The notes: generated by a model not told the origin, from the sequence alone. A stretch of 64,000 nucleotides of DNA from Trichoplax sp. H2 (GCA_003344405.1 NOWV01000017.1:248001-312000); one strand, 5' to 3'; shown: positions 13,301 through 28,922, counted from the first letter of the stretch. Numbers and translations: made by a program.

Positions 13301-16300
13301 AAGGTTATGGAAACGTATTTAACATTTTGTGGAATCAGTATCACTAACGCGAAATTATGGCGGATGATTAAGAAAGAATCGGAACGTAATAAAGTAAGTT
13401 CAAAGTAGTTTACTGTTAAGATATAGATATGAAATTGTCTCTTCCGATGCCCGATAAGAGGCCGATAACGAACTAATTAAGTAAGCAATTGACCAGCGTA
13501 TGTCGGCTAGTAAATAGAGAATCTATTGTATTAAACGTAATTTATTGATAAATTACTAGTTTTATTGCTATATCTTCGACTCCAGCGACATCATATTCTT
13601 GGAAAAATATATTGATATCGGTAATATTTCACGGTAAAATCAAATAAAACCCCATATTAATTGGAAAGCACTTTGTACTATAATTTATATGGTATCAGTA
13701 TTAAATTGTTTGCCATGGTAATTCATTTGTTAGATTTTTGAGTTATTCATAAAGTTTACTTAGATTGAATGAATGATTCATTTTAATATTGTAATTGACC
13801 ACACTGGCTATAATTATATCGTATATCTGAATGTAAATTTTTTTGATAAAGACATAAGATATTGGAATTACCGTATTCCTAAAATTCTCTAGTTACATAA
13901 ATATAGTGTTTGTTTTAGTTATACGTAATATATGTACTTACTCATGTGTAGACTGATACAATGTATAAGTTTTTACCTATACTAGAGATCACTGAGAGAA
14001 GACTAGTAAAATATCGCTCATTTTATTGGCACTTCCTAAGCAGAATGCTACACTAATGAAATTAGCAGTACAATTAACCTCATATACACGTACACTAATG
14101 TATATATGTTACGGCCAATGTCGGTAACACATATATATATATGATATACATGATTTGCAAGAGTCTATATCGATACATAGGATAACGCTATTTTTTGTCT
14201 TCTTATATCATCATTATATCACCAACGATACACCAATATCAAGTCAATGTTAAGCTATAAACGATCACTTTCTGGTTTAAGTAATAGCATATTTCATTAT
14301 CCTTTACGCATGTCAGTACACCTTGTTAAAGTCACAGATAAAATTTTTAATTTTAAATACTTTTACAATATTTTTTTATCTTTATAATAGAATTATTCGA
14401 TTAGTAAATTAATTATTGGCTAATGTTACCTGATTTACTTTACAGACATTACTGGAATTGACTCATGCGCTATTTGAAGAGCAAACTTCACCAGATAGAT
14501 GTATTGATAGTATTATGGAGCGCTCTCAGATGCTATTGAAGTGTCAAAAATGCTGTGTTCTACTTGTGGACAATATTGCAACCGAAGTAAGAAACTAAAG
14601 CAATTGTTATAATTTATGGATACTAAAGCAAATGATTAAAATATCCATTAAAGATGTTGTTTTCGATATAATACTACTATTTCGGTATCTTTTATTGATA
14701 AAAACATGAACGTTTATGCTTAATGAAGTTTTCGTTCGTTAAAGCCATCTTGTAATATTTCTAAAAAGTAGTCATTGTGCTTGTATGTGTTTTTATTGTT
14801 ACGTAAGTACTATATGCCTATTTTATCGTTTATAACCCTTATCAAGGTATGCGTGTAGATACATGTATTATAAACAAACTACTGTCTTCGTTGATATCAT
14901 TAGGATCTACGATTCAGCAAAGTTTTTGAATTACGTGGGGATACCGGTGAAAAGCAAGTATTAAATTAGTAAGTATCAATTACGGGTGAGATAGTAATTA
15001 AATAGGCTTGCTAATGAAATTAAAAATAATTCAATTATAATAGATACTAGAGAAACAGTTTTACCCTTTGTTGGTTCGTTGATAATATAATAGATTACTT
15101 CAAAAGGTTGTTTAAAATGATGATAAAATAGCTTTATGATAACAGTCTCTATACTTAGCGAAATTGATTGCATAAAAATTAACCAGATACATAATATATT
15201 ATACATATATGAATATAATTAGGTTGTACATTATGCATTTTCTTGTACTTTAATTTGAAATTTTATTTGCTATATGATGCAGTAATTCTTATTTATTGTA
15301 ATTACAGTTACTGAGGTGTATTTAACTTAAAAAGCGTCTAACGATTTGTAAACAGTTTGCTACTATTTGTTTTAACGCTACGAAAATAGTACCGATAAAA
15401 TCGGCGGACGTATTAGTGAAATCAAAGATGAAATTGCTTCGTATGTTATCACGAATGGAGAGGTAAGAGATATTCTTGATAGTGGCACTGCAAAATTAAT
15501 ATTACATTCACTATGCTAGTCGATACGATTTACTAACTAGAGTATCGGTCGTTCTGAACTTTGCCTAGATGCATACTTTTAATAACGATATTCGTTAGCT
15601 TTACTACTATTGGACTTCCATTAATGAAATAATAATGAAATCATTCACAATAAATCCTACATTCGCTAATACCGTAGTTATCGCCAGTTGTCATTGCTAT
15701 GTAGCATATTATGGGCACCTAATCTTATTAATCATTAAATCTGACAGTCCTTAAATATATCAAATTTTTCTGAAAATCATGAATTCAACGAAAAATCGGT
15801 TAGTAGATTTTCTTTTCACCTGAAGTTTTTACAGGATACGCACCATCGCCAATTATCCGTGTTAAAAGACATTGTTAAAGGAGTTTTACTTACATTCACA
15901 CATATCAACTTTATTTTTAACGGTGCGTCTAACTAAATCTAGTTTTATTGTAAGCCGGATTTTGAAGTATATTCCCTCTTAGCTATGCCCATTCGTGATA
16001 ATAATTTGCGAATAATAGGTAAAGTTGAGATAACACTTTGTTTCCGTACTGAAAATTTTTTAAATTGCAGTCAAAATTTGTGCTAATTGTGTGTACATTT
16101 TAAACAGGTGTAGCTGCATTAATTAACAAAATGGATGGAAAGAACTTTGATAAAGACGATGAAACCGCTTTTGAGGTTTAACTGTTTATGATTTCTAGTT
16201 TTAGGAGTATCTATCTAAAGTTATAAAATTTTACTTTGGTAGGCTTTTGTGATATTCTGTGGTCTTGGAATAGTTAATACAATGATGTACGATAGTGTAT

Positions 16301-19016
16301 GCAAAGCTAAAGCACAACAAAGCGTAGCCTTAGAGGTTTGATTAGTTAAAGTTTTTAAATTTTACTGCGGTATGAAAACTCAGTAGTTTCTTTATATAGG
16401 TGTGTTCGTATCATGCAACAGCTCCTAAAGACGAGGTTCAAAGATTTCAGGTTTGCAACTACGTTACAATTTCTTCGTAATCAATTATATTCTACCGAAA
16501 TTTTATAAAATATTAAGTTACTGTGAAGAAGATGATGTAAAAAGCGTAGGATTAGCAATAAAACTTATAATTGTAACCATTCATATATATTTATGCAGGA
16601 TCAGGATGTACCGTCAGTTGCAAATTATAATTTACAAAGCCTTAAGTTCGATGATTTCTCCCTTGATCCAGACGGAATGATTTTAGCATCTATTCGAATG
16701 TTTAAAGAATGTGAATTCTTACAAAAGTTCAAAATCGATTATTCGGTAAAAGTTAGAAACGATACTTGTTATACTTTGTGTTGGCGATGCACTTCTAAAC
16801 ACTATACTATACATCTTAAAAATATACCTGATTGTTTTCTAAACTGACTTGGAGATTTCGAATTTATACGTATAACGTATAATAATACTAATCTCAAAGT
16901 AATCATCCCCTATTTCTGAATTTTTCATGTTTAAACACTATATACTATTTACTGTCATATTTTGCTAGTGACATGTATTAATTATCGACATTTTTCTGTA
17001 ATAGACATTATGTACTTGGCTATTAACTGTTCGAAAGAACTACCGTAATGTTGCTTATCATAATTGGAGACACGCATTTAATGTTGCCCAACTTATGTTT
17101 GCAATAATTAAGGTAAACATGATTTACTCCGTATCACACAATTTAAGCAGGATATTTATATGATATTCTATTATACTTTTATAAATCTTAACGTTACATT
17201 ATTTATCAAAAGGGAATTTTTTTGGAGAAGACTTTGATTATGTCTTAGATTTGTAATATTACATTGATAAGTTTTAAAAATATGAGTGATTTGAATAATT
17301 TTTGTTTTCGTTAATAGAACACGAAGCTAGGGAATACATTTTCTCATATTGAGTGCTTAGCCCTCATTGTTGGTTGCATATGCCATGATTTAGATCATAG
17401 AGGAACTAACAATGCTTACCAAATTAAGTAAGTTCATGATTATCTTAAAATTGTATTAATCTCCGCATAAAATTGAATTATAGTTAATGACAGATATTGT
17501 GTGTGTGTATATGTGTGCGGACATATAGCTACGTATATTAATAAAACACTTCGTACGCACATTAGATAATAACTATGATAGCTAAATTGAGATTGTGATA
17601 AAAATTTTTTACAGGAGTGGATCACCTCTTGCAAGATTATACAGTACATCAACAATGGAAAATCATCACTTCAACCATGCCGTTATGATACTGAATACAC
17701 CGGTAACTCATCAAATCTGTTGGCTATTTTTACAAAAATTGTAATCTGAATTGCAATATAACTTGTTTATCCTCAAATTGTATTTCAGGGTCATAATATA
17801 TTTGAAACATTTACATCGGAAGAATACAGTAGGCTGATAGATCTAATAAAACAGTCAATTTTGGCTACTGATTTGGCGTTATATTTTCGGTGAGATTCTT
17901 AACTTCTTGCTGCATTTCAATAATTTCATATTGTGCCTATATTTCTAATCAGTAAAAGCTATTCTGAAAAAGGTTTTGATTTTTAATAATTAGAAATCGT
18001 GAAAATTTTTTTAACCTTGCAAGCAATCACGAAATTAATTTTGATGATGATTTACATAAAGCACTGATAAGGTAAGCAGCCTTGCTTGTAGTAGCAGTAA
18101 CAGTATCTACGTTCTATTAAATAACCTATTCAAAAATTGAACTTATCCAATTGATGCCTGTAAGATTAAAGCGTTGCGTATCTGTTATTGAACAGATCTA
18201 TGTTGATGACTGCTTGCGATGTTGGCGCTATTACAAAACCATGGACGGTTGAAAGAAAAGTTAGTACTACATGAATCGATATAAATATAACTTGAAATAG
18301 AAATAAAATATTTTGGTTTTAAATTTTACACTAACACTTGGATAGGTTGCAGAATTAATCTCTGCCGAGTTTTTTGAACAAGGCGATTTGGAAAGGCAGG
18401 AACTCAATTTGGAACCCCAAGTATGTAGATGTTGTTATGCTTTCAAATATGAAATTATACTATTTGTAACTGTAACCACTTCATAACAGAGATTAATGGA
18501 TCGTGAAAAGAAAGATGAAATAGCTTCAATGCAAGTTGAATTCATAGATGTGATATGCATGCCTCTTTATAAGGTATTGTTCAGAATCATTACCAATACA
18601 ACGAAATAAAATAGAGATCATGCTTAGGGTAGATTTCATGTTCTAATATTTATACGTATCTACATATCATTTCAGTTAGTAAGCGTCATTTAGCAGTCTT
18701 AAGTGATATTGTGTTTGAGCTACTTGCTGTTTATCATAGCCTCAATTATATTATTGGTATACTTATAGGCTTTCGCTGAGCAGGACACGCGATTGAAGTC
18801 ACTTTTAGATGGCGTAGTAGAGAATCGTGCAAATTGGTTAAAAGAAGATGAAATGATGCGTAAAAGAAAGCAGCCCATAATTGAGCCCTGTGTTGTGAGT
18901 AGTCATTACTCGTAGTAGTTATCGTTGTAATTTTATGCGCATTACTCATCTTTCATTAATATTAATTAAAGCTGTGATCAATTTTTTTCATCCAGATTAC
19001 CACTAATGGATCATAA
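7322..19016 (+). CDS. PDE11A: Dual-GAF cyclic nucleotide phosphodiesterase, PDE11/PDE5-like, about 22-23 exons
   Basis: Exon 1 (7322-8263) has [33 protein letters not shown] exons 9144-9233 (LLCMPIKD), 10968-11036 ([10 protein letters not shown]) and 13304-13393 ([12 protein letters not shown]). 14446-14586 encodes LFEEQT...[14 protein letters not shown] at 15955-16335 ([32 protein letters not shown]). Catalytic domain from 17005: [76 protein letters not shown]. The stop is at 18915 if unspliced, or 19016 if the last intron 18895-18995 is used. Confidence 0.93.
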
Positions 19017-19708
19017 CATAATATACTGTCCAACCTGATGGCTCTATAATCTTATGAATGCCTTTATATCAAGTTAATAGTTCTTTCATTTTGCCAGCAT
19101 TACTTGTTTAATTAATTTTATCAAACAACTGGAGGTCTGTGAGAAAATTAAATATTTTTAGCTTTCTATTTAACAATTCGATTCGCCGTAGTGTTGCATT
19201 CTTAATTAGTAAAAATATTTTTTTACTGTTATATGTAGTAGCGCTGCACACATTTGTAATAATGGTATTGGATAATAAATCAGCTATATAAATCGTACAC
19301 TGGTTTTAACGGTTGAATCACGTTATAATTAAAGATATACAATTCTTTCAGTTTACAGCCTAATCAGAATGTCAATAATTTTATGTGCATTAAACATTTG
19401 TCGTATATTCATAGTAATATATCAGAATTTATCTTCGATGATATAAAATAAGTACAAATATTTTATGGTTTCATCTATAATGTTACTTTAAAAGAGGCTC
19501 ATATGAATGTCATTGAAATTCTACTTGTAAGATCTTTCAAAAAAAATAAAAGGCGATGATTATCATTTGCTTACATATTAGATACAAGGCCGACATAGAA
19601 AATTTATATAGTTAATGATACAGCATAAAAGATTTAGTAATTGACAATCTTAGCTGATTTTAATGTCAAAGTCAATCGCTTTACATCAATATGTGTTCCC
19701 AATAAGGT

Positions 19709-22700
19709 TCATGTATTCTTAGATTCATCATCTATCAAAATACTTAGATCAATGCCAAATCTTTTCTTATACGGCTCTTTCAAAGTGGTAATAATTACAT
19801 CTTTTGAGTAGTCACTTCCGGCACAAATTATCCAAATGATCTCGTTCATTTCACTCTAATTTAGGACAAACATAATATGGTTTATACTTATTCCCTTCAA
19901 AATTAGTATCAATTGTATATAATTTTTAATATCTAAAGGGCGCTCTGAAAGAGTTTGGAATACGTTTCTGACCTCATCGCATAGTTTTAAAATTAACTGA
20001 TGCGGCACCTTACTATCAATTTCCTACATTAAAAGTCAAAAATATTAATATATTACGACGACATAGAGCAATCAGTTAATAACTATATTGACGGTAAATA
20101 GTAATACTGACCACTTCCAGAATACTAGTGATAGCTTGCTTTGCAATAATCAAAAATTGCGACTGTCTAGCTTTCAATAAATGAATTTTTGGCAACACGC
20201 GCGAAATGGGTAAAGTAAAATTAACCCTAGCTATGTACATATCGTCCAGTGATACCACTAGGCAGACGTTCTCGTAACAATCATCTATGCATAAGAGATA
20301 TTAATACACGCAACGTTATTACAAATGAGCTAGAAAACGATGATAAATTGATATAAAAGTGCCACATGATGCCAACGTAACGAACCATTGATAGTAATGT
20401 TAACTAGTAAGTAAAGAAGAATATCTTTGGGATTCTCTTCTACATCTGGTGCAGATACCGTTACGTTTTCATCCTAAAAAAAATTTTTTAAAAATATGAA
20501 CGGCAAATACAGGCCTAAAGCTTAAACTGATTAAAATTAAAAACTTTAATACTTCAAATCGGTAAAGATGTCCATTGTCTGCAATTTCTTTATCATGGTT
20601 TGACACATTAGAAATTATTTTAGCGTTCAGTAATTCATTTGCAAGTTCCAAAACCTGAGTTAGATGGGAAAGCGTAAAACTCCTTGATAAATTAACGACA
20701 TCGTAATATGCCTTTTTGGCAGTAAAAAATACTAACTTTTAAACGTGAGGAGTCTGTTACATCCATCAGCCAGTCTAGAAACTGATTCGCAACAAAGCAG
20801 TCTCGGAATACTTTCTTTTTAAACTAGGATAGTGCAAGACTCATCTTTAGACATCACACGCTCTTTTTTCGAAATTCTAGAACAGCAAGACTGTTAACAA
20901 TGCTCTAATGTATTACCTTTTTGTCTCCAATAAGATCAGTTTTGGAGGATCTTAAGGCCAGTTTACGCAATGTTTCGCCCTATTATTAAATTTTCATTAC
21001 TTTTTATTTAATGGTTACATATATTAGCAATATTTAGTACGCTTATTCAATCTAACAACAAAAAGTCAAAGAAGAGTGAGAATTTTAAAGAAAAGTGGTG
21101 ACTTACGATTTCGTGAATATTATTGAAGTCATTTCTATCTTTTAGTATTAATTGAGCTCTGCAAATCATCAAAAATTATAAACTTCATAAATTAATTTGC
21201 AAACTTACTCTTAAGCAAAAATCGCCTACCTAATATTGTTACATGTATATGAAATGTGGTCGTGACTTAAGCTAACATCGTAATCCCTTAGTGAAGTAGT
21301 AGATGACCAATAGCCTAAAGATTATATGAATCAATCAAATATGATACATTTGTATTGCAAGTACAAAATGCGAAAAAATGCAGTCATACCACAGAAATAA
21401 TCTAGAAATGATGAACATTTATTCTTATCTTTTACGATGATTGTAAAACATTTCGGGTCATATTTAAATTCCATTCGAAAACTCTATAATAATTAGTTAT
21501 TTTCATTGCTTTAAATAATACGCATATATGGTAGATTTTTGAATAATAAATTACAAGAATGGATAGCAGAGTTTAACAATTAAATTTACTTGATAGTTAT
21601 AGCCGACGTCGATATATGCTAAATTTTCTATTTGATTTCGTGCAATAATCGGCTGGGTTTGCTCGTTGGATTCACTAATACCGTAAACGATGGAAGAATA
21701 TATTTACAGCGATTCGAAGACAATGTAATCAGTAGAATTTACATTTACCAAAACATATTTGCATCACTTTTTACCTATCATCTGCGGTTCCAATTTCAAG
21801 TAAATAGATAGAGGTGTTTGTGCATATCAGGTAGCATGGATGTACGGTACTCTCAGGGTATACAATACAGCTTGCCTATCCGATACAGAGAAATATTAGT
21901 CTATACATGTTTTGAGCATACCGACAATTGATTGGTAGCTATTATATCATAGTATAATTCAACTTGCCTTTAAGTTGAATTCACTACGTTCGTCATCACT
22001 GTAAACCGTTAAGTTCATGACTAGCTCTGTGTTATGATCTAATATGCTAAAATCTTCAGCTTTAGAATTATTCTTATTGACGTCTTGTGTGATAGCATCG
22101 TTGTCACTATTAAGACTGGTTGCACTAAGTAATTCACTTGAATCCATGGTATGATAACCACCGACATCGTCACTGTATCCAGATATATCTGGTTCTTGTC
22201 GCTCCGTAGAAACAGCGCTCTTAGACTGATATTCACTCCCGTCATCATTCGACGATCTTAAACTGGCGTAGCTATTAATGTGGTCGGTATTGAGATTTTC
22301 TGATATACTATCAATATCATTAGAATTTTTACCATAATTATGTAGATTATCGGATTCTTCGCTTTCTATATTTGTCGATTCTAATAATAAACTTTGATTA
22401 TCACCTACAGACGAATTATCTGTTGTCAGAGACACAATTACGGTGCTGTTATCTCTTTCCTGATTATTTACAAAATCTCCATGTTTACATTCTGTGTCGA
22501 ATTTCCTGGCGCCGTCAACAGTGTCGTTACGATTTGAATCCAAACTCCTTGCAGCCGGCTTGGGCAAAGACGCCTTTCCTGATGACGCAACCTTTGCTAT
22601 ACTTGCTGGAGTACTTTTGGTTGATTCACGGCTAAAGAGGAAATTAACTTTACTTTTTGCTTTATGTGATGAAAATTATAAGAACTATTTGAAGTAAAAG

Positions 22701-25700
22701 ATACCTGCCAGCCGTAATCTCAGGATGTGAATTAGAATGCGAGCGCTGAAAACTTGTGCTTGAAGAATTTAAATTTTTTAAGTCGCTTCTTGGAGATTCA
22801 GCAACTTCCTTAGATTGTTTCTTAACGACAAAGAAGACCTTATCACTCCCGCACTTTGGGCAAAGACTGTGATTTATAGGTGGATCAATTGAATCTGCTT
22901 TGCCTTCATGAGGGTATCGAATTGGCACCATGAAGACATGCTTACATTTCAAACACTAGAATGTAAATAAATATATTATTCGTTGTTTTATGATAAAATT
23001 TCATATCTTAATAAACTGACCTCTCTTATCCTTTCAATTTCTAATTCTGAACAGTTATCATCAGCGATTGAAGCTAGCTGAATATGTAATTTCTGCCAAG
23101 TAATTCAAGACATAATTTCACAGTTTCTTAGTCAAATTTAATTCTAGCATATTGCAGATGTTCCTTAAAATTTCTAATTAACTATGAGAAAGTATAGACT
23201 AACCTCTGCATCTTTTCTATCGGGAATAACATAGGATAGAACATCTTTACGAAGCGAGTCTGGGTACATGAAGGTCAGATCAAGAGTAAACTGCATTTCC
23301 CTGAATTAAATATAATATGTTATTCAAGCGCTAACAAAACCCCATCAATTAAATTGATTCTATAATAGAATGGATTCTAGTATATCTTAATTCTAAAATT
23401 TTTACTTGTTGGCATTTTCGTCTTCATTGCTTAACATTTCATTGGTTTTATTCGTATCAATAGTATTTATTGAAGGTTTCAAAACAGCCGATACCAAATC
23501 GCGCAATTTCAAGGAATCTATAATCTATAATTTAGTACCATCAGAATAATTTAAATTTATTTTAAACTGGAATACGGATAGACGAAAACTATTGAGAACA
23601 CTTAGGTAGTCTTGATAACAGTTGCCGAAGTAAGTCATTCAATACTATACCTTATTTTTCATGGTATCCTTGATGCGGATGCAACCGTCTCCGATAGATA
23701 AATAATAATAGGCTAGGGTGCCATCAGGTAATTGACGGCTAACTAAAAAGAGCTCTCCATCATCAACTAGTGAGCCTGTAATTGGTAAAATAATTCCTAT
23801 AAGATAAGATTTTCCTATAAATTAAAGTGAAATGTTCTGCTTCTTACTTGATTGAATAACTTTATCCTCTGTATGCACTTCATTGCTCTCATTGTTCTCA
23901 ACAACTACATTTTCATTATCGTTGGTAAACGAATATTCCTCGTAGGTCGAGTTTTCGCTTTCAGTTGCTAATAATTATCAACAGTCATAATTACTTATTT
24001 ACTTAATATTCATTAAAGTACATATATATACACAAACTAGCAACACCATACTCAGGTTTAATGAGTCTAATTGGGATCGCGCTAGAGCAAGTTCATCAGC
24101 AGCAAGAAATAGCCAATCTATAGTTTAAGGATATACAAAATTAAGTTGGTAAGATTTTCAACTACTTGCCTCCAATACCTTTTCCTGCGTAAATGAAAAC
24201 ATTATAGAATACGTGATAGTATCACATGATTGAGTTGATACCTTTGCCGTAAGAGATTTTACTTTTCTTCGCTTTTTCTGTGAATCTGCTTGTTTCATCT
24301 TCGAAATTCAAAAAGAGTACAATAATTATAATCAAAATTTCACATTACGCTAATAACTTAACGAATTAGGCAAATTTATAGTTATAACCTTGTGAAGGCT
24401 TCGTAGGAGTGCTAGCTTGTTGTTTAGATGATTTTCCCTGGGGTTTCAAATAAATTCGGAATCAGAAAAACATTTCGCGTGAGATATCAAATGCTGCATT
24501 TAATAAACTTTTTATAGTAAAGTTGATCTTTTCTACTCCGCTACTGAGACTATACCCGTTTCTTTTTAGGCTTGATAACAGAACTAGTGGGAGATGAATT
24601 CACAGCGAGTAAGTTATCAGCGCCATTAATTATATTGGTACCGATACCGTTAGGTACAGCTGGTATGCTTTGCCTCTCGCTTGAGATAGAAGTTTGCTTG
24701 ATGTTGAAATTATTAGTTATCTTCGCCTAATGCATAAAAATTCATTCGATTTATAAAATATGATGACATTAAAAGGGAAACGTGGCTTATAATTTAAATT
24801 TCACCTTAAGTTCCTGACTAGTGAGTTGTTTGCCATCCAGAATAAATGTCTGTAACATTCATATCCGCAGTAAAAATAGGAAAGCATAACAGATTAATCT
24901 CAGCTAGGGTATTTATTAGAATGCAACTAATTTTTCGACAAGACGAAAATTTCTTTCTTATAACGCAGTCTATTTTAAATAAATATATGTACAATACCGT
25001 AGGATGGCTTATTACAGATGAAACAAATTGAATTACACGTTGCCGATGATTTTTATGAAAGGCAATTGGATTTTCCGTCAAATTTACCTACGGGGTAAAA
25101 TTTCTTAAATTACCGACGCTATATATATGAGGACAGAATCCAAAATAATTAATTGAAGATATCATTCTAACTTACATTGCATAAGGAATGTAATGATGCC
25201 AGAGGACTTAAGATTGTATGCGAAGTGATTAAATTACCAGATAAATCAAGAATTTCTAAATTTTTATAATCTTTAATGCCTATAATATATTAAAAATAAA
25301 CAGTATTCCAAAATATTAGTCAGGATATACAATATGATTTCTATACCACGATCACAGCTATAAAAATTATTAAAATCATTGTGTTACAGAAAGATACCGT
25401 CTGCAATAAATATATTCTATAAATGTTACAATAAAGATTAAAGTTAGATTATTGATGGTAAAAGTAAGTACAGCATACTGTGCTCATATACATTATGCAT
25501 TTATCAAAAGAAATTAAAGTATACCTTCTATATTATCTAAGCTATTATTTTTTAATATAAGGACTTTAAGTGATTTTTTAGTTTCATATGACATCACGGG
25601 AATTTTATCCAAATTATTATATCCGAGATTTAAAACGCTGATGTTGCACATTATCATCTACAATGAATAAAATATAGGTAATAAAAGAATTACCTTTCTC

Positions 25701-28700
25701 GATAAGCTTTTATATTAAATATTTATGATGGATGAAGTCAACAATAATAAATACTTACTTCAAAGTTGCAATTTTTATTTAACAATCTGTTATCATTTAA
25801 AAGTAGTGTCTGAAGCATCGGTAAGAAATTCTAAGAAAATATTTAACTGTAGTCAGTAATAGAATAAGAGAAGAAATATTTATCTAAGTGTAGCTGTGCA
25901 TCCTAATAAAAATTATTCGTAAATTTCAGAAATTTTGTATCTCACATTGTATCAGTCAGTCAATATCACATAGTCATATGTAAGGTATTCTAATAACTGA
26001 TAAAAAATTATCATTTTGCTGTTAGCTAGCCTTACTAGTGAATCATCAACAGATGTGATAGAGTTGTGTCCAAAGTCGGCCACCTCGAGTTTCGACCATA
26101 GACTAGGAACCGTTCTATCGCTGCAGCATGATATCAAGACCTCCTGCATTTGGTATGATATAAGTATAAGATAGTAAGATCGATTATACTACTATCCGAT
26201 TTGCTGATTGTGTAATTATTATTGTAGAATTGACATCTCCATTGGGACCAACTTCATATAAGTGCTTTATAATGGCCATAAAAATCAGTTATTTTTTTGC
26301 TATCATTAATTTAAAATCGGCAATGGTCAACGAAGTGCATCTATCAACATCTAGTCATCTACCTTTCAAGGTAGTATTTCTATTGTAATACGGGTGATAA
26401 TATAGCAGTAATGTAGTCATTTCAGTTTTTACAACAGTGAATAGTGAGTTTTTCGCACTTGCTACATTATTCTTAATCTCTTGTTAGCTTCAAGTATTGT
26501 AGTCTCAAACAGTAATTGAGATGTCATCAATGCAATTATAAAATTTATTGCATGTTAACTTTTCCTAAGATAAATATTCCTTCTTAAACTTACCGATAAA
26601 TGTTGCACACACCGTGTGAATGTTAAAGACTTTAATTGTGGTCTTAAAAATTTTAAGCCAGCAATGCAAGATAATGGTATTTTCTTAATCTGTAATTCGT
26701 TAGGGATATAGATTGATAGGGGATAAAATACAACGCTTTAAGAGATTACATTACACAGTTTAGCCAAATAATGCGCAAAAGGTGTACAAATTAAGAATTG
26801 AGGAGTTACTTATTACACAACACCAGACAACTGTTATCAATATTTAACCATAGCTACTAACCTCTAAGGATTGTAATGATCGAAATCTACTCAGATTTAT
26901 CTTAGGAGAATTCCACAGGGTTGCGCCATGATTAATAAGCTACAGTTTTTTCATAGAGATACAAACAACTTTAAAATGTTATTCACTTGTGTACGAAAAT
27001 GTATATTTAAATTATAAACTTTACTATCATAGGCAAGTGATTTATTTAATTTATTTATAGATTGAGATTTAAGTTGCCTTTAATAGAAGTATCAGCTAGA
27101 ATTAAAGTTAACATAGTACAAAAGCCATCAATCAATTGAAATAGAAAGCGTACTTTTAATTTGATAGCTTTTTGCATAAAATCATAAATTACTAAAATGT
27201 CTTCGTTGCCTTTCTTGCGAAGGTGGTCTTTGACAGTTATGATATCGAAGTCTTTCTCTAAGGATTGATGATTTTCATCTACAATATACGTAGGGATATA
27301 AAATAGTAAACAATGACAGCATCTATGATTAAAATACACAAAGGTATCATTTTAATCGCCTGGTAGCTACAATTCAGTTATTCAAAGTATTGCCACATCA
27401 TGTATGTAATATTTATTTATTACGTGAACTATTTAAGAGTATTTAATTAACTATTTCCTCATCAACTTTTAATAATTATTATAGCAATAAGATTTTAACT
27501 TGGTTATATAGAGATGAGAATACTGTTGTATTGCACGTAAATTAGTGCAAAGGAGTGTGTTTGCTAAAATACCTCGAAATACGATCAACAAGCAGTATGA
27601 TCACAAGCTGTAAGTATTCAATACTCTCCATTAATAATCTTCTACAAAGTATGTGTGATACGTAAAACTAGCAGAGCAACTGACTGTAGTGAAGCAAGTA
27701 TTCAAAGTTTCAATTGTCTTATAGTATTTAATACTTTGGTATCTAAATAAGGTATCTTTAATACTTTTTACACCAGAGGATTTGCTCATTTTTCAATATG
27801 TATCCACGCTTATGTGTTTTTGTGTGGGTACAGTATACTTGAGTAGGTCTCTAAAGCTATTTTAACGGCAGAGTTGTTCAGTAATACCACCTTTGTCAGG
27901 ACGAATTATTTGTTAATTCATTACAATTATCGATGTATTGTACGAGTAAGTCAATATTCATTATAAATTAAAACATGCTCTGTATAAGTTATAACACAAT
28001 ATTGCATTAGGAGTATTTTTTATATATAGTAATAATACGGACTATATTTCCAATAATTCTAGCAAGGTAAGAACGGAGACTTCTTGTATTATAATGCACT
28101 GCAATGGTGTGATAAAATATCAACATATCTATTTTTTTATTTTTATAACAATGATAACGTATTATCAATTCTACTAGACTATCTATAAAAGTTATATTTT
28201 ATATATTACAGCAAAGTCACGATTTGATGACTTACCGAAACCGATATCTTTCAAGCGCTGATTAATATAATGTAAGGATGCTAAGTTTAAAGATAGAGCA
28301 GCCTTTCCTGAAAGTATTTCTTCACCTAACATAATTGTACAATTAATTTTAGAGAATTTCAAGGCTTAACCAGTAAACTAGAAAAGACAATGTTAATATT
28401 CACATATTGCATTATTGCAAATCAATAGCTTGAGATATACAGTATTGTACTGTACTTAAGTGCCATGTTATTATAATAAAAAATATAAATATTATAATCA
28501 ATTTACAAATAGCTCGTTAACTGCATTGATATAAGAAGCAAAATGAATCATCAAAGTTCAATCATGAACCGGATATTGTTACTTCACTAACTAATCTTTC
28601 AGTTCGATTAATTTAATTTTATATGATTACAATTAAGAGTACAGTAGTGCATTTTTCTTCAAGATTGCAACAATAACATGCTAAATTGAAAACTAGAGTT

Positions 28701-28922
28701 AAGATAGATTTTAGATTAATACAAATTTGATCAAGAAGTGACCATCACTTGAAATCTTCCATACTCGAAGTGTATTACAGTATAAAAGTATGATATAGGT
28801 AAGAGTAGATCGCCAAGTAGGTATGATCATGCTGACGCTGTAGAGGTACCTTTTGCACGTAGCAACTTTACAAATTTGCTGATAAATTGAAGGCCAAGGT
28901 CGTCATTCTTAGCCGCAGCCAT
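19709..28922 (-). CDS. STK11IP: Serine/threonine kinase 11-interacting protein (LIP1), LRR protein, roughly 25 or more exons
   Basis: Exon 1 (28922-28850) MAAAKNDDLGLQFISKFVKLLRAKG joins 28325-28236 EEILSGKAALSL. Then IYDFMQKAIKLK, INLSRFRSLQSLE, IPLSCIAGLKFLRPQLKSL, EVLISCCSD...WSKLEVADFGHNSITSVDDSL, further LRRs, ENPIAFHKNHR, YGKDWL and CPKCGSD. The last exon ends LKEPYKKRFGIDLSILIDDESKNT*. Motif order matches human STK11IP as recalled. Confidence 0.85.

Noticed and set aside
21959-22952. ORFs 21959-22567 and 22662-22952 (-) as independent genes
   Set aside because: They are internal exons of STK11IP (the CPKCGSD motif and the acidic linker).
24170-24184. Frame-preserving 15-nt microexon (GKGIG) with a GC donor in an STK11IP intron
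   Set aside because: It would leave 57- and 52-nt introns, shorter than the others I measured here (64 nt or more), and skipping it gives the expected YGKDWL.
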